From: Octopus vulgaris
Taxonomy: Eukaryota
DNA: 64,000 nt
Assembly (NCBI GenBank): GCA_951406725.2
Contig: OX597835.1
Location: 186,001-250,000, forward strand
Direction: 5' to 3'
A program made the position numbers and the translations under genes. This document shows positions 1 to 12,800 of this stretch, one piece after another (position 1 is the stretch's first letter; every line of letters begins with the position of its first letter). The notes beneath the pieces were generated by a model. It was given only the letters and a program-made list of their open reading frames with translations. It did not search any database and had not been told where the DNA came from.

Positions 1-1126
1 CATGTAAAAATAAACCCCAGTGGTAGGGTCCTATAGGAAAATAGGAGCAAGAGATATATCATACCTGGGTCTGGGTATTTCCTGGTATTTCCGAAGAACA
101 TTTTTGTATATGTAGAACATAGAGGTAGGCTCCCGTCGCCAAAAAATTACAAAAATATATGCACCCCACACCTTAGTTTACTCACTCAAAAATTCCTTTC
201 AAATACCCTGCCAATCCGATGATTATTGATTGGGGTCGATTATGTCTAGAAAAAAAAATGCTGTTATTTGTCATGAATATGTGTGTGTGAGGTTTTGTGA
301 ATTTCTTCTCTTGTATGGTCTGCTACTGAATAATTCACAAGTTATGGAAGAGAGAGAGAGAGAGAATTCCCCTTCGTCGGGTTTGTTTCTGGCTCTCTTC
401 TTTATGTGGTGTCCTCCTCAGCAAGCAGCTAGAATCACCCAACCTAGTTTATTTACAGTTGTATAACCGGACTCTGTTATAAAGCAGCATCAGGCAGCCA
501 GGCAGAGCAGCAGGCCTCACAGGGCAATCAATCAGACAGACAGGTGGTTACCCGAGATTGTGTGGCATTAAAATAGCTAATCTTAATTCGTGTTTTCCGT
601 TTTTGTTATTGTTTCTGATTTTGTCCTCCTCCTCCTCCGACTGGAAATCAATCCATAGAGAGGAGGACATAATTTTGACAGGTGTTGGTTGCAGTGGTGG
701 TGGTGGTGGTAGTAGTAGTAGTAGTAATAGTCTCTGCTCGATAATTGTACAAAAACTTATCGTCTTTAATATGAGATTTTTTGCAATGCTAATTACACAC
801 ACACGTGCGCGCACGTATATATATGGTTACTGGAAACATGCAGATTGAGTATGTGAATATTGAGATCAGTGTGTTTATAAATTTAATAATGAGAATAATG
901 TCTATATTAGCCACAAGGGCACAAAACAGGGCAATCAATCCAAAGGAAAAGATCCTAAAACTGAAACAAGAAACTGTGGAAGTTTTACACTAAATAAAAA
1001 GGGTGATAAGTAACAATAATGATATATAACAGTACCAATATGATGAAGGGGCCCTTTCTTATGCAGTCTGCAAAGTCAAATTAAGCATTTTAATGCATCC
1101 TGTGTGTGGATATATGTATTTATGTA

Positions 1127-1195
<69 letters not shown>

Positions 1196-1196
1196 A

Positions 1197-2077
1197 TGTG
1201 GTCTGGTCAATAAGTATCCATGCTGTTGCCATAGTAACAAAGCTAAAGCATGCAAAGTGAAACCACTTGGCACAGATTGACCTTGACCTCTGTTATGCAT
1301 TAAATTTTAATGTTCTGGCTCACTTCTGCTGTTTCAGCAGTGCTTCGAAGTAACATGTGTAACATGCAATCGTCACATTGACCATGACAGAGGAAGTTGT
1401 CATGGCGATACCTGCTCAGAGGCCTATGCAAAGTTGCAGAAAGTGTGTGTGGAGAGGAGTGTATTAGACGCACACAGGTGTACAAGTGGTTCAGATGTTT
1501 CCAAGATGGCCAAAAAACAAATGTCAATATTGATGAATGTTCTGGGAGACCCACAACCAGCAGAACTGCGAAAAACATTGCAGATATGCGTGCAGCTGTG
1601 AAGGGAAATCATTGAATCACCATCCATGAGTTATCAGAGGATGCACAGATTAGTTACAGTTGAGTTCAGTCCATTATCACTGAAGATTTGGCTATGAGAC
1701 ATGTGTCTGCCAAGTTTGTGCCAAAACTGCTTTCAGCTGACCAGAAAGACACTCAGGTTTCAGTTACAAAAATCATCTTGATTGTGTCAAGAACATTGAA
1801 AACTTTTTGTAAACCTTGCGTAGGCTACTGAGCAGATATCGCCAAGCTTTTGGCAAAATTTGATGTACATTCTCTGCTCAACTTTCTCTGTCACGGTCAA
1901 TGCAATGAACTCATTACTTCCAAGCACTGCTACAAACAGTGGAAGTGAGCTAGAATGTTAAAACTTATTGCATATGAACAGCAGAGTTCAAGGTCAATCT
2001 GTGCCAAGCGGCTTCACTGTGCATGCTTTAGCTTCCTTACTATGGCAACAATCTGGATACTTATTGATCTGACTATA
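1197..2077 (+). mobile_element. Non-autonomous mariner derivative with two inverted left ends (copy 1)
   Basis: Ends TGTGGTCTGGTCAATAAGTATCC / GGATACTTATTGATCTGAC in a TA-rich site, with ~200-bp inverted arms. Interior encodes a decayed mariner N-terminus (RTQVYKWFRCFQDG..SGRP..RHVSAKFVPKLLS). Confidence 0.85.
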
Positions 2078-2228
2078 TGTTTATATATATATATGTATGT
2101 GTGTGTCTGTGTATATGTTTATGTTTGTGTATATGTTTATGTAATATGTATGTGTATGTATATATATATGTGTGTGTGTGTATATGTTTATGTAATATGT
2201 ATGTGTATATATATATATATATATATAT

Positions 2229-2447
2229 AGTTAATCCAAACAAGAAAACACAGAAAAAAACACAGAAAAAACACAGCAACGCGAGGACGTGGAACAATTA
2301 AAGTATTATTTGACGCTCAGGAAAGAAGGGAAGGAGGGTTTAACGTTTCGAGCGGAGCTCTTCATCGGAAACAAGGAGAAGGAAAGATCCCGAGAAGGGA
2401 AGACAGAGGAAAAAAATATTTTTGCTGGTGGTGCTCAAGAGATCACA
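2229..2447 (-). mobile_element. Probable Penelope-like element terminal (pLTR) fragment in (TA)n
   Basis: About 220-bp block flanked on both sides by (TA)n and carrying the hammerhead-like motif. No coding sequence, so the class assignment is inferred. Confidence 0.5.
2338..2372 (-). ncRNA. Minimal type I hammerhead-like motif with U4C core variant and palindromic stem III
   Basis: Minus strand reads GUUU-CCGAUGA-A-GAGC(UCC)GCUC-GAA-ACGU-U-AAAC. Stem I GUUU/AAAC, stem II GAGC/GCUC, self-complementary ACGU stem III typical of dimer-forming minimal hammerheads. Confidence 0.6.
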
Positions 2448-3424
2448 TATATATATATAACAAAACTCGACTAAATCTAAAAGCTCAACATAAAATATTC
2501 TCACTAGCTTCTTCACAAATCTACTGGAATGGCTCTCTTCCTTCTCTCATCAGTTAAAGAGAGGAAATCATAGAAATTAGTCATTACTCATTTTGCCCTA
2601 ATTTGGTCATCATTTTTTGAAAATTGAAAATTATCAAACCAGATGTTAGCATGGGAAAAAACTGACTTGGAATCCAACAAAGGAAAGAATACAGTTAAAC
2701 ACCAAAAGTTATCTCGATATTTTTAGTCGTAACCTCAATTACGATTCGGTCAAAAGAGAAGAAAAATTTCTTGTTAAAAAAAAGTACCCATCATCTGACT
2801 TGTTTCAAACTCTCTCAGCTTCAACAACAACAACGACAACAACTGTGCTGACCAATTTTTATTCCTGAAGATGATGCAACAGCACAAAATGGTGGTGCAA
2901 TGTTTGCAATGTGATGGTTTCAAACAGGTAGGGAGAAAATAATGAGAAATCAGAAATTGCTCCTTTTGCTCCAGTTACCAATTTCCCCCCACCCCCACCT
3001 TTGATAAACAACCATCACAAAATGCTGGATGTCTTCCTCTAACAAATCAATTAACTAAGCTGAACTTCTTCATTAAAATAAATAAAGAGATAAAAAGAAA
3101 AATCATCACTTTACATTTTAAAAAAACAAATTAGTGAAACTCAGCTGCTAGGGAAGTCAAGAACAACAAAATAGACAGACACAAGCGCATGCATGCACAC
3201 ACACACACACACACTCACACATATATAACTCTATCTTTTTACCTTGTTTCAATCATTAGGCTATGGCCATAAAGAATTTTTAGTTGGATGGATTAACCCC
3301 AGTACTTATTTTTTCCCCTTAAGCCGGGTATTTATTCTATTGGTCTCTGTTGCTGAACTGCTAAGTTACAAGGATATGAACACACAACACCGGTTGTCAA
3401 GTGGTGGTGAGTTACAAACACAGA

Positions 3425-3455
<31 letters not shown>

Positions 3456-4482
3456 TATGAGCTTCTTTCAGTTTCTGTCTACGAAATCTACTCACAAGGC
3501 TTTGGTTGGCCCAGAGTTATAGTAGAAAACACTTGCCCAAGGTGCTACACAGTGGGACTGAACCCACAACCATGTGGTCGGGAAACAAGCCTCTTACCAC
3601 ATAGGGTCATATTTAAAATTCAGTTTGAATGAGGAGCCATAAAAGCATAAGTACCCTGTAATGATTAATATTTATAGTCATTGTATATCTTATAGATTTG
3701 ACTGTGTGGTAAGAAGTTTGCTACCCAACCACATGGTCCTGGGTTCAGTCCCACTGTGTGGCACCTTTTTTAAGGTTTTTCATCTTTTCTGGATGAAGAA
3801 CAAGAGCGGGAGCGAGATAGACAGAGAAGAGATAGAAGAGTGTGCCTCTCCCACCCTTCCCTATTCTTCTCCTCTCCTCTTCACTGTTCCCTCTTTCTCA
3901 CTCTTCCTCACTGACTCTCGTTGCTGACATGTGACAAAAGGGAATCTCTCTTTCTGCCCATTTCCTTCCTAAAGACAACACGTGCTTATACCTGTCTCCT
4001 CTCATAAGCTCATCTTCCTAGCGTTCATAATAATTTTTCTATCGTCTTGGCTTAACAGCCCTCACTGTTTGTTTTTACTGTCTTCTTACTATCCTGTTTT
4101 TGTTACCACTTTCACCCTCCACAAAAAATTCCAAATTTTATTTAATTTGCTTTGCTGGAAGTACTGTTTCAACGAAGTCGCGTATTGTCCTTGCCTTCGT
4201 AATGCGGAGTAGATGAAACAGAGATAACTGATGAAGGGGAATATTCTTTATGTTGCATGTCTCGTTTCTCTGTTTTTTTCGTTGTTCGAAAAAAAGTTCG
4301 TTTTCTATGTTTTTGTTTCTCATTGTGTTCAACGTTTTTTTGATGTCCTGTACCCATATATGCATGTATATATACATATATATGTAGATATGTACATAAA
4401 TGTATGTATATATGCATATATTTATATATTTATATTATTATATGATCGAACGCCATGCAGCCTTTCCCAATTAAGTTTTATC

Positions 4483-4546
<64 letters not shown>

Positions 4547-4549
4547 TAT

Positions 4550-4870
4550 GTGGAGTTGCATGGCTTAGTGGTTAGGTATTCCACTCATGATTGTAAGGTT
4601 GTGAATTCAATTCCAAGTTGTGCATTATGTCCTTAAACAGGGCTCTTTATTCCATGTGGCTCCAGTCCATTCAGCTGGCAAAAATGGGTGGTACCTGTAT
4701 TTCAAAAGGCCAGCCTTATCACCCTCTGTGTCACACTAAATCTCCCTGAAAACTATGTTAAGGGTATGTATTCATGTAGAGTGCTCAGCCAGTTGCACAT
4801 TAGTTTCACGAGAAGGCTGTTCCATTGATAGGATCGACTGGAACCCTATTGTTGTAACAGAGTGCCAGTG
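4550..4870 (+). mobile_element. tRNA-derived SINE with V-domain-like core. Relatives at about 23095-23355(-), 31930-32175(+), 45095-45412(+), 46785-47052(+)
   Basis: TGGCTTAGTGGTTAG head and core TG.CCTTGAGCA..CACTTTATTTC..GCTCCAGTCCACTCAGCTG shared between copies. Confidence 0.75.
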
Positions 4871-4965
<95 letters not shown>

Positions 4966-4987
4966 CACACACAAACATACATGCATA

Positions 4988-5027
<40 letters not shown>

Positions 5028-8006
5028 ACATATGACAGGTTTCTTTCAGTTTCTATCTAGCAAACCCATTCAAAAGGTTTTGGTCAGCCCAAGGCTATTG
5101 TAGAAAGAGAGATTACACCTGTAACTCTATGCAAGCTTAATAACGACACACCTAGGCTGTGCAACTCTATTATTTTTTTCCTTTGGTTTTACAAAATTTG
5201 ATTTTGTTTTATTCTTTTTCTGTTCATCATAATTATGTGTGTGTGTGTGAGGTGGGGACCGAGGGCCGTCTTGCTATTCATTTCAAGTACGTTCACTTTC
5301 CACATTGATTTGTATATTTAATTTATTTTAAAATCACTATTTCACCATATGTCTTTTCTCTCTTTCACTCCCTTGCTCTTTCCACTCACATACAGTCGCA
5401 CTACATATGCACACACACACACACATACACATATATATATACATATATACACACTGTATTTCATTCAAGGAGTCTTCAGTTCTGCTTTTACTGTTGACCT
5501 GAATCTTGTCCATATTTGTATTTCTGGCTTGCTCTGCTTGGCATTAAACTCGTTGCAAAAATGTGTGCCACATCTGTTAGTTCCCTTTTTATCCTTTTGA
5601 CTAAATATAACGTGGTGTGTCTATGAGTGGAATCAACCCCTGGACAACACCTGGAAACCATTCTCTCATCAATACACTGCTTTCAGGAGTAGTTTTCAAT
5701 GTTTTTAACCCAATTTCTGTTCAAGTTTATTGCATTTATTTTTACTCTTTTACTTGTTTCAGTCATTTGACTGTGGCCATGCTGGAGCACCACCTTTAGT
5801 CTAGCAAATTGACCCCAGGACTTATTCTTTGTAAGCTCAGTACTTATTCTATCAGTCTCTTTTGCTGAACTGCTAAGTTATGGGGATGTAAACACACCAG
5901 CATCGGTTGACAAGTGATGTTGGGGAGACAGACACACAAACATATACACACACACATAAATATATACATATATACGACGAGCTTCTTTCAGTTTCTGTCT
6001 ATCCACTCCACTCACAAGGCTTTGGTCGGCCCGAGGCTATAGTAGAAGACACTTGCCCAAGGTGCCACGCAGTGGGACTGAACCCGGAACCATGTGGGTG
6101 ATAACCAAGCTACTTACCACACAGCCGCTCCTGTTTGATCATTTCACATGACTTTATTCATTAAAACTTCAGAAGTTCTTACAACTTTGGTTGTCGTAAT
6201 GCTCTGCTTTAGTTTGCTAAATAAAAATTCCCTGTGACTCTTGAAGGGGTGTCCTATGGGATGGTCTAGATGGGATTTCATTTTGTGATAACTATCATGC
6301 AGAAAATGCCAGCTTCCAAATCTTGTATTTTTTCTGCCATTACGTTCTGAGTTCAAATTCCGCCGAGGTCGACTTTGCCTTTCATCCTTTCGGGGTCGAT
6401 AAATTAAGTACCAGTTACGCACTGGGGTCGATGTAATTGACTTAATCCGTTTGTCTGTCCTTGTTTGTCCCCTCTGTGTTTAACCCCTTGTGGGTAGTAA
6501 AGAAATATGTATCACCAGCATGGGTGCCCTGTATGTGTCACTGGCACAGGTGCCTTCTATTTCTACATGTCACTGGCACTGGCCATGACTACAATTTTAC
6601 TTGGGGAAATATTAGTTTACTTGAAAATAGGTGAGGGTTAGCAACAGGAAGGGCATCCGGCTGTAGAAAATTTGCGTCAATGAATTTTGTTGGATCTATG
6701 CAAGCATGGAAAAGTGGACATTAAAACATTGGTGATGTGTGTGTTGAAATATATTTATTGGAAAGAAAATAATTCTGATCTTTCATCAATTGTGCTTTTG
6801 TTTGAAAATGGAAGTTTATGGAACATGCTGAAAATAGCAAATTGTACTTGGACAGCTGATTAGCTTAATGAGTAAGAACAGCACTGTTGATGGTTATGGT
6901 GGTGATGGTGATGATGTTTGTGTGAAAGAAATTAGAACGAAAACAAAAGGTTTTGAGAGTGTGGGTGGATTAATATAGAAAGGAGTGCAATTTTATGAGT
7001 GGGTATTGGGATGGCGGTGGGGAGCTTTGATGGGTCAGTCATTGAAGAATGGAAGTTTTGGGACTTTATATATGTTTGAGTATGAAATGTGTGAAAGAGT
7101 ATTCATGTGTGTGTGTGTGAGAGAGAGTTTACATGGCTCAGGCAACTTGTGTGTGAGATAGAATACTGTGCAAGAAAGATAATGCATGTGTACGAAAAAG
7201 TGTAGTTACATGTATTTGTGTTATGGAAATATGTGCTTTTTTTTCTTTTAATTTAGAGAAAAAGCAGGACTCATGCCATTTTTCAGTGCCTCCAAAGACT
7301 GATAATGAGAAGGAAGAAAGTTATCTGAAGGCTCTTGGGTGCCACCAGCAGAGTCTACTCTTGGTATTAAACCAAGCAACATGTTGAGTCTACCACCTGA
7401 AAATTTGAGCAAGAGAGAGAGATTATCTTCTTAATCTGAATGTGTGTTTGTATGTGTGTGTGAGAGACTGCTAATCAGCTGTGTATCTGTATAGCTGCAC
7501 ATGTGTGAATATGAGCGTAAGGATGTGCACATATAAATGTAAATGCATATGAGCATTTGTGTTTCTAAATATGTGCACACAGATATGTATACCCAGCTGG
7601 CAGCTGAATTGTATGACATTCAAAAAATGTTGGATGTTTAGAAGAGAAATAGCTTGTAAAATTTCTGTTAACAGTACCTGTTTACTTATATGTAAATATT
7701 GCATACAAATATTTCAGAATTTAATAGAAATAAAATGTTGCTGTATTGATCGATAACAAATATTATAGAAGCTTTCAGTCTGTATAAGATGGTGAATAGC
7801 GATATGGTTTTGTGGGGTTTGTTTTGTAGCTTTTGAGTCAGCCTACCACAGACAAATGTACATTCATGAATATGTATTAGCTATATCCTTGCATATATGT
7901 ATGTATCTTTGTTAATGGATCTTTCAACCAGAAGTTCATTTCTAAAGGCAACAGAATTATTTTTGTTTGTATTTATGTCCATTTTCCATGCTAGCAAGGG
8001 TTAGAT

Positions 8007-8955
8007 CAGGGGTCACCAAACTTTTTTCATGGTGGACCAGATAACTGAGAGAACGACAAGCATGGGCCGAATAACCATTTTGCTCAATACCATACAGTAC
8101 AATACAGAAATCGAAATCAAATTCAATGACTGGCATCCGTGCTAGTGGAGCACTAAGAGCACCATCCAAGTGTGATCGTTGCCAGAGCAGCTAACTGGCT
8201 TCTCTGCCGGTGGCACATAAAAAACACCATTCGAGCTTGATCGTTACCAGTGTCGCCTTACTGGCACTTGTGCTGGTGGCACGTAAAGAAAAACATTTGA
8301 GCATGGCCGTTGCCAGTATTGCCTGACTGGCCCTTGTACCGGTGGCACGTAAAAGCACCCACTACACTCTCAGAGTGGTTGGCGTTAGGAAGGGCATCCA
8401 GCTGTAGAAACTCTGCCAGATCAAGATTGGAGCCTGGTGCAGCCATCTGGTTCGCCAGTCCTCAGTTAAATCGTCCAACCCATGCTAGCATGGAAAGCAG
8501 ACGTTAAACAATGATAATGATGATAATGAATACAGTGAATACACAAAAAATGAAGACAGACAACATATCTACTTATCAAAATGTTATGAAAGAAGGTGAT
8601 GTTAGCAATAACATGGTTACATCACACTCAGTGTGCACATAGCTGAATCTCACAAACTAAGCAGCAAAAAAGTTTAGTGAGATTTGTGAAACTGGTGTTT
8701 AGCTTTTAACACATCAATATCTGCTCTGGAATTGCTGCATCCAACCAAGAGAATTGCTTTCAAATGTTCATCAGTCAACCTTGTGCTGACTTTATTTTGC
8801 TCACAAACCTATGTTATTCCAAACACTGATGCCATACCAGAGGTAAATGAACTCTCATTGCAGGTACTTACACAAAGGTACAGTGTGGCAGTGGGCTGGA
8901 TGAAATGACCTCGTGGGCCAAATCTGGCCCACAGGCCTTAGTTTGATGACCCCGG
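8007..8955 (-). mobile_element. Internally deleted hAT (Charlie/Buster-type) transposon
   Basis: TIRs CAGGGGTCACCAAAC / GTTTGATGACCCCGG. 8-bp TSD GGTTAGAT/GTTTAGAT (7/8, NTCTAGAN-like). Minus-strand remnant SVFGIT*VCEQ..STRLTDEHLKAIL resembles the hAT dimerisation domain. Confidence 0.85.
8108..8528 (+). mobile_element. RTE LINE 3'UTR fragment inserted in the hAT element
   Basis: Homologous to 20050-20693, ends in a (GAT/AAT)n tail, flanked by AATACAG duplication (8101-8107 and 8529-8535). Confidence 0.8.
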
Positions 8956-9539
8956 GTTTAGATGATTATATTATCAAACTGTTGTTTGACAGCTAGATGC
9001 CCCATCCTAACACTAAGCTTTACTTGTTTTTCAAGTAAGAGATATCTTGTTCCACGTGCCTTTGAAAGTGCAAAGCCAACAAACCATACATTGGCAGTTG
9101 AAATGAGAGCAGTGTCACAAAACACACACATGTACACCTGCATAGTTATATGCTCACCCATGTGCACATACACAAACATGCACACACACACACACACAAT
9201 AGGCTTCTTTCAGTTTTTCATTTGCCAAATTTGTTTAACCCAGATTTTATCCTAGTTACTGAACTCAAAACTATGCAGTTGGAAAGTGGACCCCTTCACC
9301 CCACAAAAATACATGAACCTACCTACTAATTAAATTGCAGTGTATTTGAATATCGCACAGATACTTGTATCTCTTAACATAACTTTCAAGCAGATTTGAC
9401 ATGACACATTGTGTGGACATGGCTGGCACTTTAGATTGGAGTCATCTCTTCCAGCATGCTTCTGTAGAATTTCTGTCGACCCATTTTTACTGACATGCCA
9501 TGGGTTCATCCTCAGTTATGGTAGAAGATACTTGACCTA

Positions 9540-9775
9540 AGGCAGCGAGCTGGCAGAAAGGTTAGCACACTGGGCAAAATGCTTAGCGGTATTTCGTCTG
9601 CTACTACGTCCTGAGTTCAAATTCCGCCGAGGTCGACTTTGCCTTTCATCCTTTTGGGGTCTATTAAATAAGTGCCAGTTACACACTGGGGTCGATGTAA
9701 TCAACTTAATCTGTTTGTCTGTCCTTGTTTGTCCTTTCTGTGTTTAGCCCCATGTGGGTAATAAAGAAATAGGTA
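9540..9775 (+). mobile_element. Meta-domain-type SINE. Further copies at about 6330-6508(+), 27864-28085(+), 33225-33585(-, two), 35225-35605(-, two), 50385-50610(+)
   Basis: GGC.GCGAGCTGGCAGAA head, B-box-like GAGTTCAAATTCC, core GACTTTGCCTTTCATCCTTT.GGGGTC. Many mutually similar copies in the window. Confidence 0.85.
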
Positions 9776-11274
9776 TTTCGTCCCATTGCCTGACTGGTAG
9801 AAGGGTTGTGGGCACCTGACGACATTCTAGGTGCCAGGTGCCCAATCTTAGTCTTTCCTTCACCCTGGACTGCAATTCCATCAAGTAAATTAGAAGGTCA
9901 ACCAAGATGCCATGCCATGGGATTGAATCTGGGACCATGTGGTTAGGAAGTAAACTTCTTACCACACAGCCATGCCTGTGCCTATATGATAGGTTCCTTT
10001 TAGTTTCTATCTGCCAAATTCCCTTAATAACTAATTCTTTTTGTATGCCATTAAAATGACTTTTAAATGTTATCAACAAACAACAGTGCTCCTCCACCTT
10101 TTTTTTTTGTTCTTTTTTAACCCCAGTTCAACTCTGATGAAAGATATTCTATCTATGACCAACCAGTCTTATATTCAGACTACATTACACAATACATGTA
10201 GAATATGATTTGAGGGTTGTTTGTTATTTCTGTTCTCCTTCGTTTTCCTGTTTTTGAACACACACATTTGATATAACAATATTGGCTCATTTACACATGT
10301 TTCACCACCACCACCACCTCTGCCAAACGTGTTACCACCACTACCTCTGCCTTTACCAACGCATCACCACCTTCCTAACACAACATCACTGCTATCTCCA
10401 TCAGTGCTACCACCACCACTAACTATTATCCACCCCACCCCCGTAATTCCTGGATTCACATATAGGCCATATATTTAGTGTTTTGTTTTCTAATTTTGAA
10501 TTTGTTTTTTTTTCTTTGTTGTATTTAAAAAACAAAAACAATGCAACATTCATTATGTAGTGTTTGTTTTTTTCCCCCCGTTTGTTGCAGACTGTTGCTA
10601 TTGTTGTTTAGTATACATTGTGAGAAATAATGGTTCAGTTCCATTGTTGTAGTGACATACATACTAAGATAGATAAAAAGTGTGTGTATAGAAAGAGCAA
10701 GTGCATACGTGTGAACGTGTTGCGTATGTATGTATGTGAAAGCAAAGGTTAGCCATCACTCACAAGCGAGCAGGACCTAGTAGCTTGTAACATGCTTTCC
10801 CTACTTGTTTTAGGCTCCTGTGTAGCTGCAAAAAGACATAGACACTGTTCAGTCCTCCTCCAATTGACCTAGTTGAATACTGAGGATGTGACAGCTAGTG
10901 AGATAGAGAGCTATGGGAACTGGGTGGTTGATACACAGGATATCCCACTTACAGTTGGTTTTAAACTCCTTTATTATAAATTCATTATCAGCAACAAAAG
11001 CAGTATTAGTTTAGGATAGCAGTCTGTATACCTTAATTAATGTATATATATTGTAAAAAAGCCACAATACTGCAGTATTTGTCTTGAGAAAGCATTTCAT
11101 ATAGATGTATTGTGCTAAAACGCTACTGATATTTCTCTGTTTTTCAGCACTATACATCTGTATGAGCTGCTTTATCAAGACAAATGCTGTAGTACTGTGG
11201 ATTTCTTTCAGTATATCTTTGTTAAATAAGATATACAAATTGTTGTTGTTTCATTATAATCTAGAGAACTACTA

Positions 11275-11450
11275 GAGAAAGCTGGGGCGAAAGAGTACAA
11301 CAGGGGTCACTACCACCCCCTGCCAGAGCCTCGTGGAGCTTTAGGTGTTTTCACTCAATAAACACACACAATGCCCAGTTTGGGAATCGAAACCACGATC
11401 CCCCGACCGCGAGTCCGCTTTCCTAACCACTGGGCCATTGCACCTCCACT
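11275..11450 (-). mobile_element. tRNA(Arg)-like SINE (octopus OR-type); partial second copy at 50233-50331(+)
   Basis: Head GGTGCAATGGCCCAGTGGTTAG..GCGGACTCGCGGTC..GGTTTCGATTCCC with A/B boxes and a TCG anticodon-like loop. Family name is from recall. Confidence 0.7.
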
Positions 11451-11451
11451 T

Positions 11452-12800
11452 TAATTAATAGTTCAAACAATATATCAAAAGTGTTTATTCATCAAAATAT
11501 AACCCATCAAATTCTACTGTCTGTTGTCATTGTTGTGCCAGAAGCTCAATTCCTTGCTTATACCATTTGACTGGTTTACTGGTAAAAACACTCCCCACAC
11601 CTGTTTTTAACCTCATTCACATTGTTGAACCTCCATCTATGCAGGAAATGAGCCATGGTTCAGAAAAGGCAGTAATCTGATGATGCAAGCTCTGGACTGT
11701 TGGGAGGGTGAAGCAGCACTTCCTGCCCCACAGGTTCCTAAAGATTGCACTTGGTTACATTGGTAGTGTGTGCTAGGCATTTCATGCTGCAGGAGTGCAC
11801 ATCTTTGATTAACCAATGCTGGGTTGTGAGATTTCAAAGCATCATGTATGGTTGTTGAGCATAAAAGTTGGCATTCACAGTATGACCATCTGAGACAAGC
11901 TCAAAGTGCAACAGCAACACCCATTTGAAATTCTAGTAAACACACAACTTGACCTTGTTCGAACCACACTTAATTAGCAATAAGTTCTGAAGTCTTCCAT
12001 AACAAAGCTGATTTCTCTTGTTAGAATTATGAAAATAGATTCATTTTTCATCTCCAGTTACTATTTTGTTTCGTTATTGCCCACAAGGGGCTAAACATAG
12101 AGGGGACAAACAAGGACAGACAAAGGGATTAAGTCGATTACATTGACCCCAGAGTATAATTGCTACTTAATTTATTGACCTTGAAAGGATGAAAGGCAAA
12201 GTTGACCTCAGTGGAATTTGAACTCAGAACATAACGGCAGACGAAATACCGCTAAGCATTTCGTCCGGCGTGCTAACATTTCTGCCAGCTCACTGCCTTG
12301 TCTCCAGTTACTATTTGACACCAAAAATGGGCATCTCAAGGGTTTGCCAGCAGTTGTCTGCAAAATATTCATACATTGTTGAGCCTGGTTATTGGTCAGT
12401 CCATGAGGAACATCTCATCAGCATCTGTTCACAAGGCGGAGCTTATGGCAATATTGACTGATGGTGCTTTGTGAAAGACCAAGTTCTGCTAACAATGTAC
12501 AAGTGCTTGTGCTTGGCTGTTGAACCATTTCAAATAAGGCTTCATCTTCCACAACAGAAGGTCTCCCTGACCTTGGTTTCTCTTTGAAATTAATGTCACC
12601 TTCCTTGTATCCTCTAAACCAGCTTTGTGCCATACATCTGTTGACAGTTCCTGGGCCTTCCACATCATTAATTCCTTTTGCTGCTGTCTTTGAACTCAGT
12701 CCTTTTTTTTTCCCTCAGGTAGCGTAAAATGGCTCTAATTGTAATTTTTTCCACCACTCATTATCAAAACTATAAAATAAAGAATAAACAATTTATCAAC
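11452..12800 (-). mobile_element. Decayed near-full-length mariner transposon, interrupted by a SINE
   Basis: Minus-strand fragments: WFRGYKEGDINFKEKPRSGRP, VPHGLT, IVTGD|VTGDEK, LLQHE, HPPNSPELASSDYCLF, DGLYFDE*. Contains stops and frameshifts. Confidence 0.85.
12067..12300 (-). mobile_element. tRNA-derived Meta-domain-type SINE with 16-bp TSD
   Basis: Core GCCTTTCATCCTTTC..GTC.ATAAATTAAGTA. Exact TSD TCTCCAGTTACTATTT at 12051-12066 and 12301-12316 inside the mariner ORF. Confidence 0.9.

Noticed and set aside
360-700. Possible promoter or first exon of RNF41
   Set aside because: Unique sequence, but no diagnostic motif or strong donor; cannot be supported from sequence alone.
4160-4280. 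CTGATGA near GAAAC as a hammerhead or pseudoknot
   Set aside because: Order and spacing do not allow three stems. It looks like a structured end of an unclassified repeat (about 3790-4360).
5452-5484. Minus-strand CTGAAGA...GAAAT hammerhead-like string
   Set aside because: Stem II is barely paired and there is no stem I or cleavage triplet.
7257-7400. Possible coding exon after TTTAATTTAG
   Set aside because: Two frames close early, the third gives no recognisable protein, and the donor is weak.
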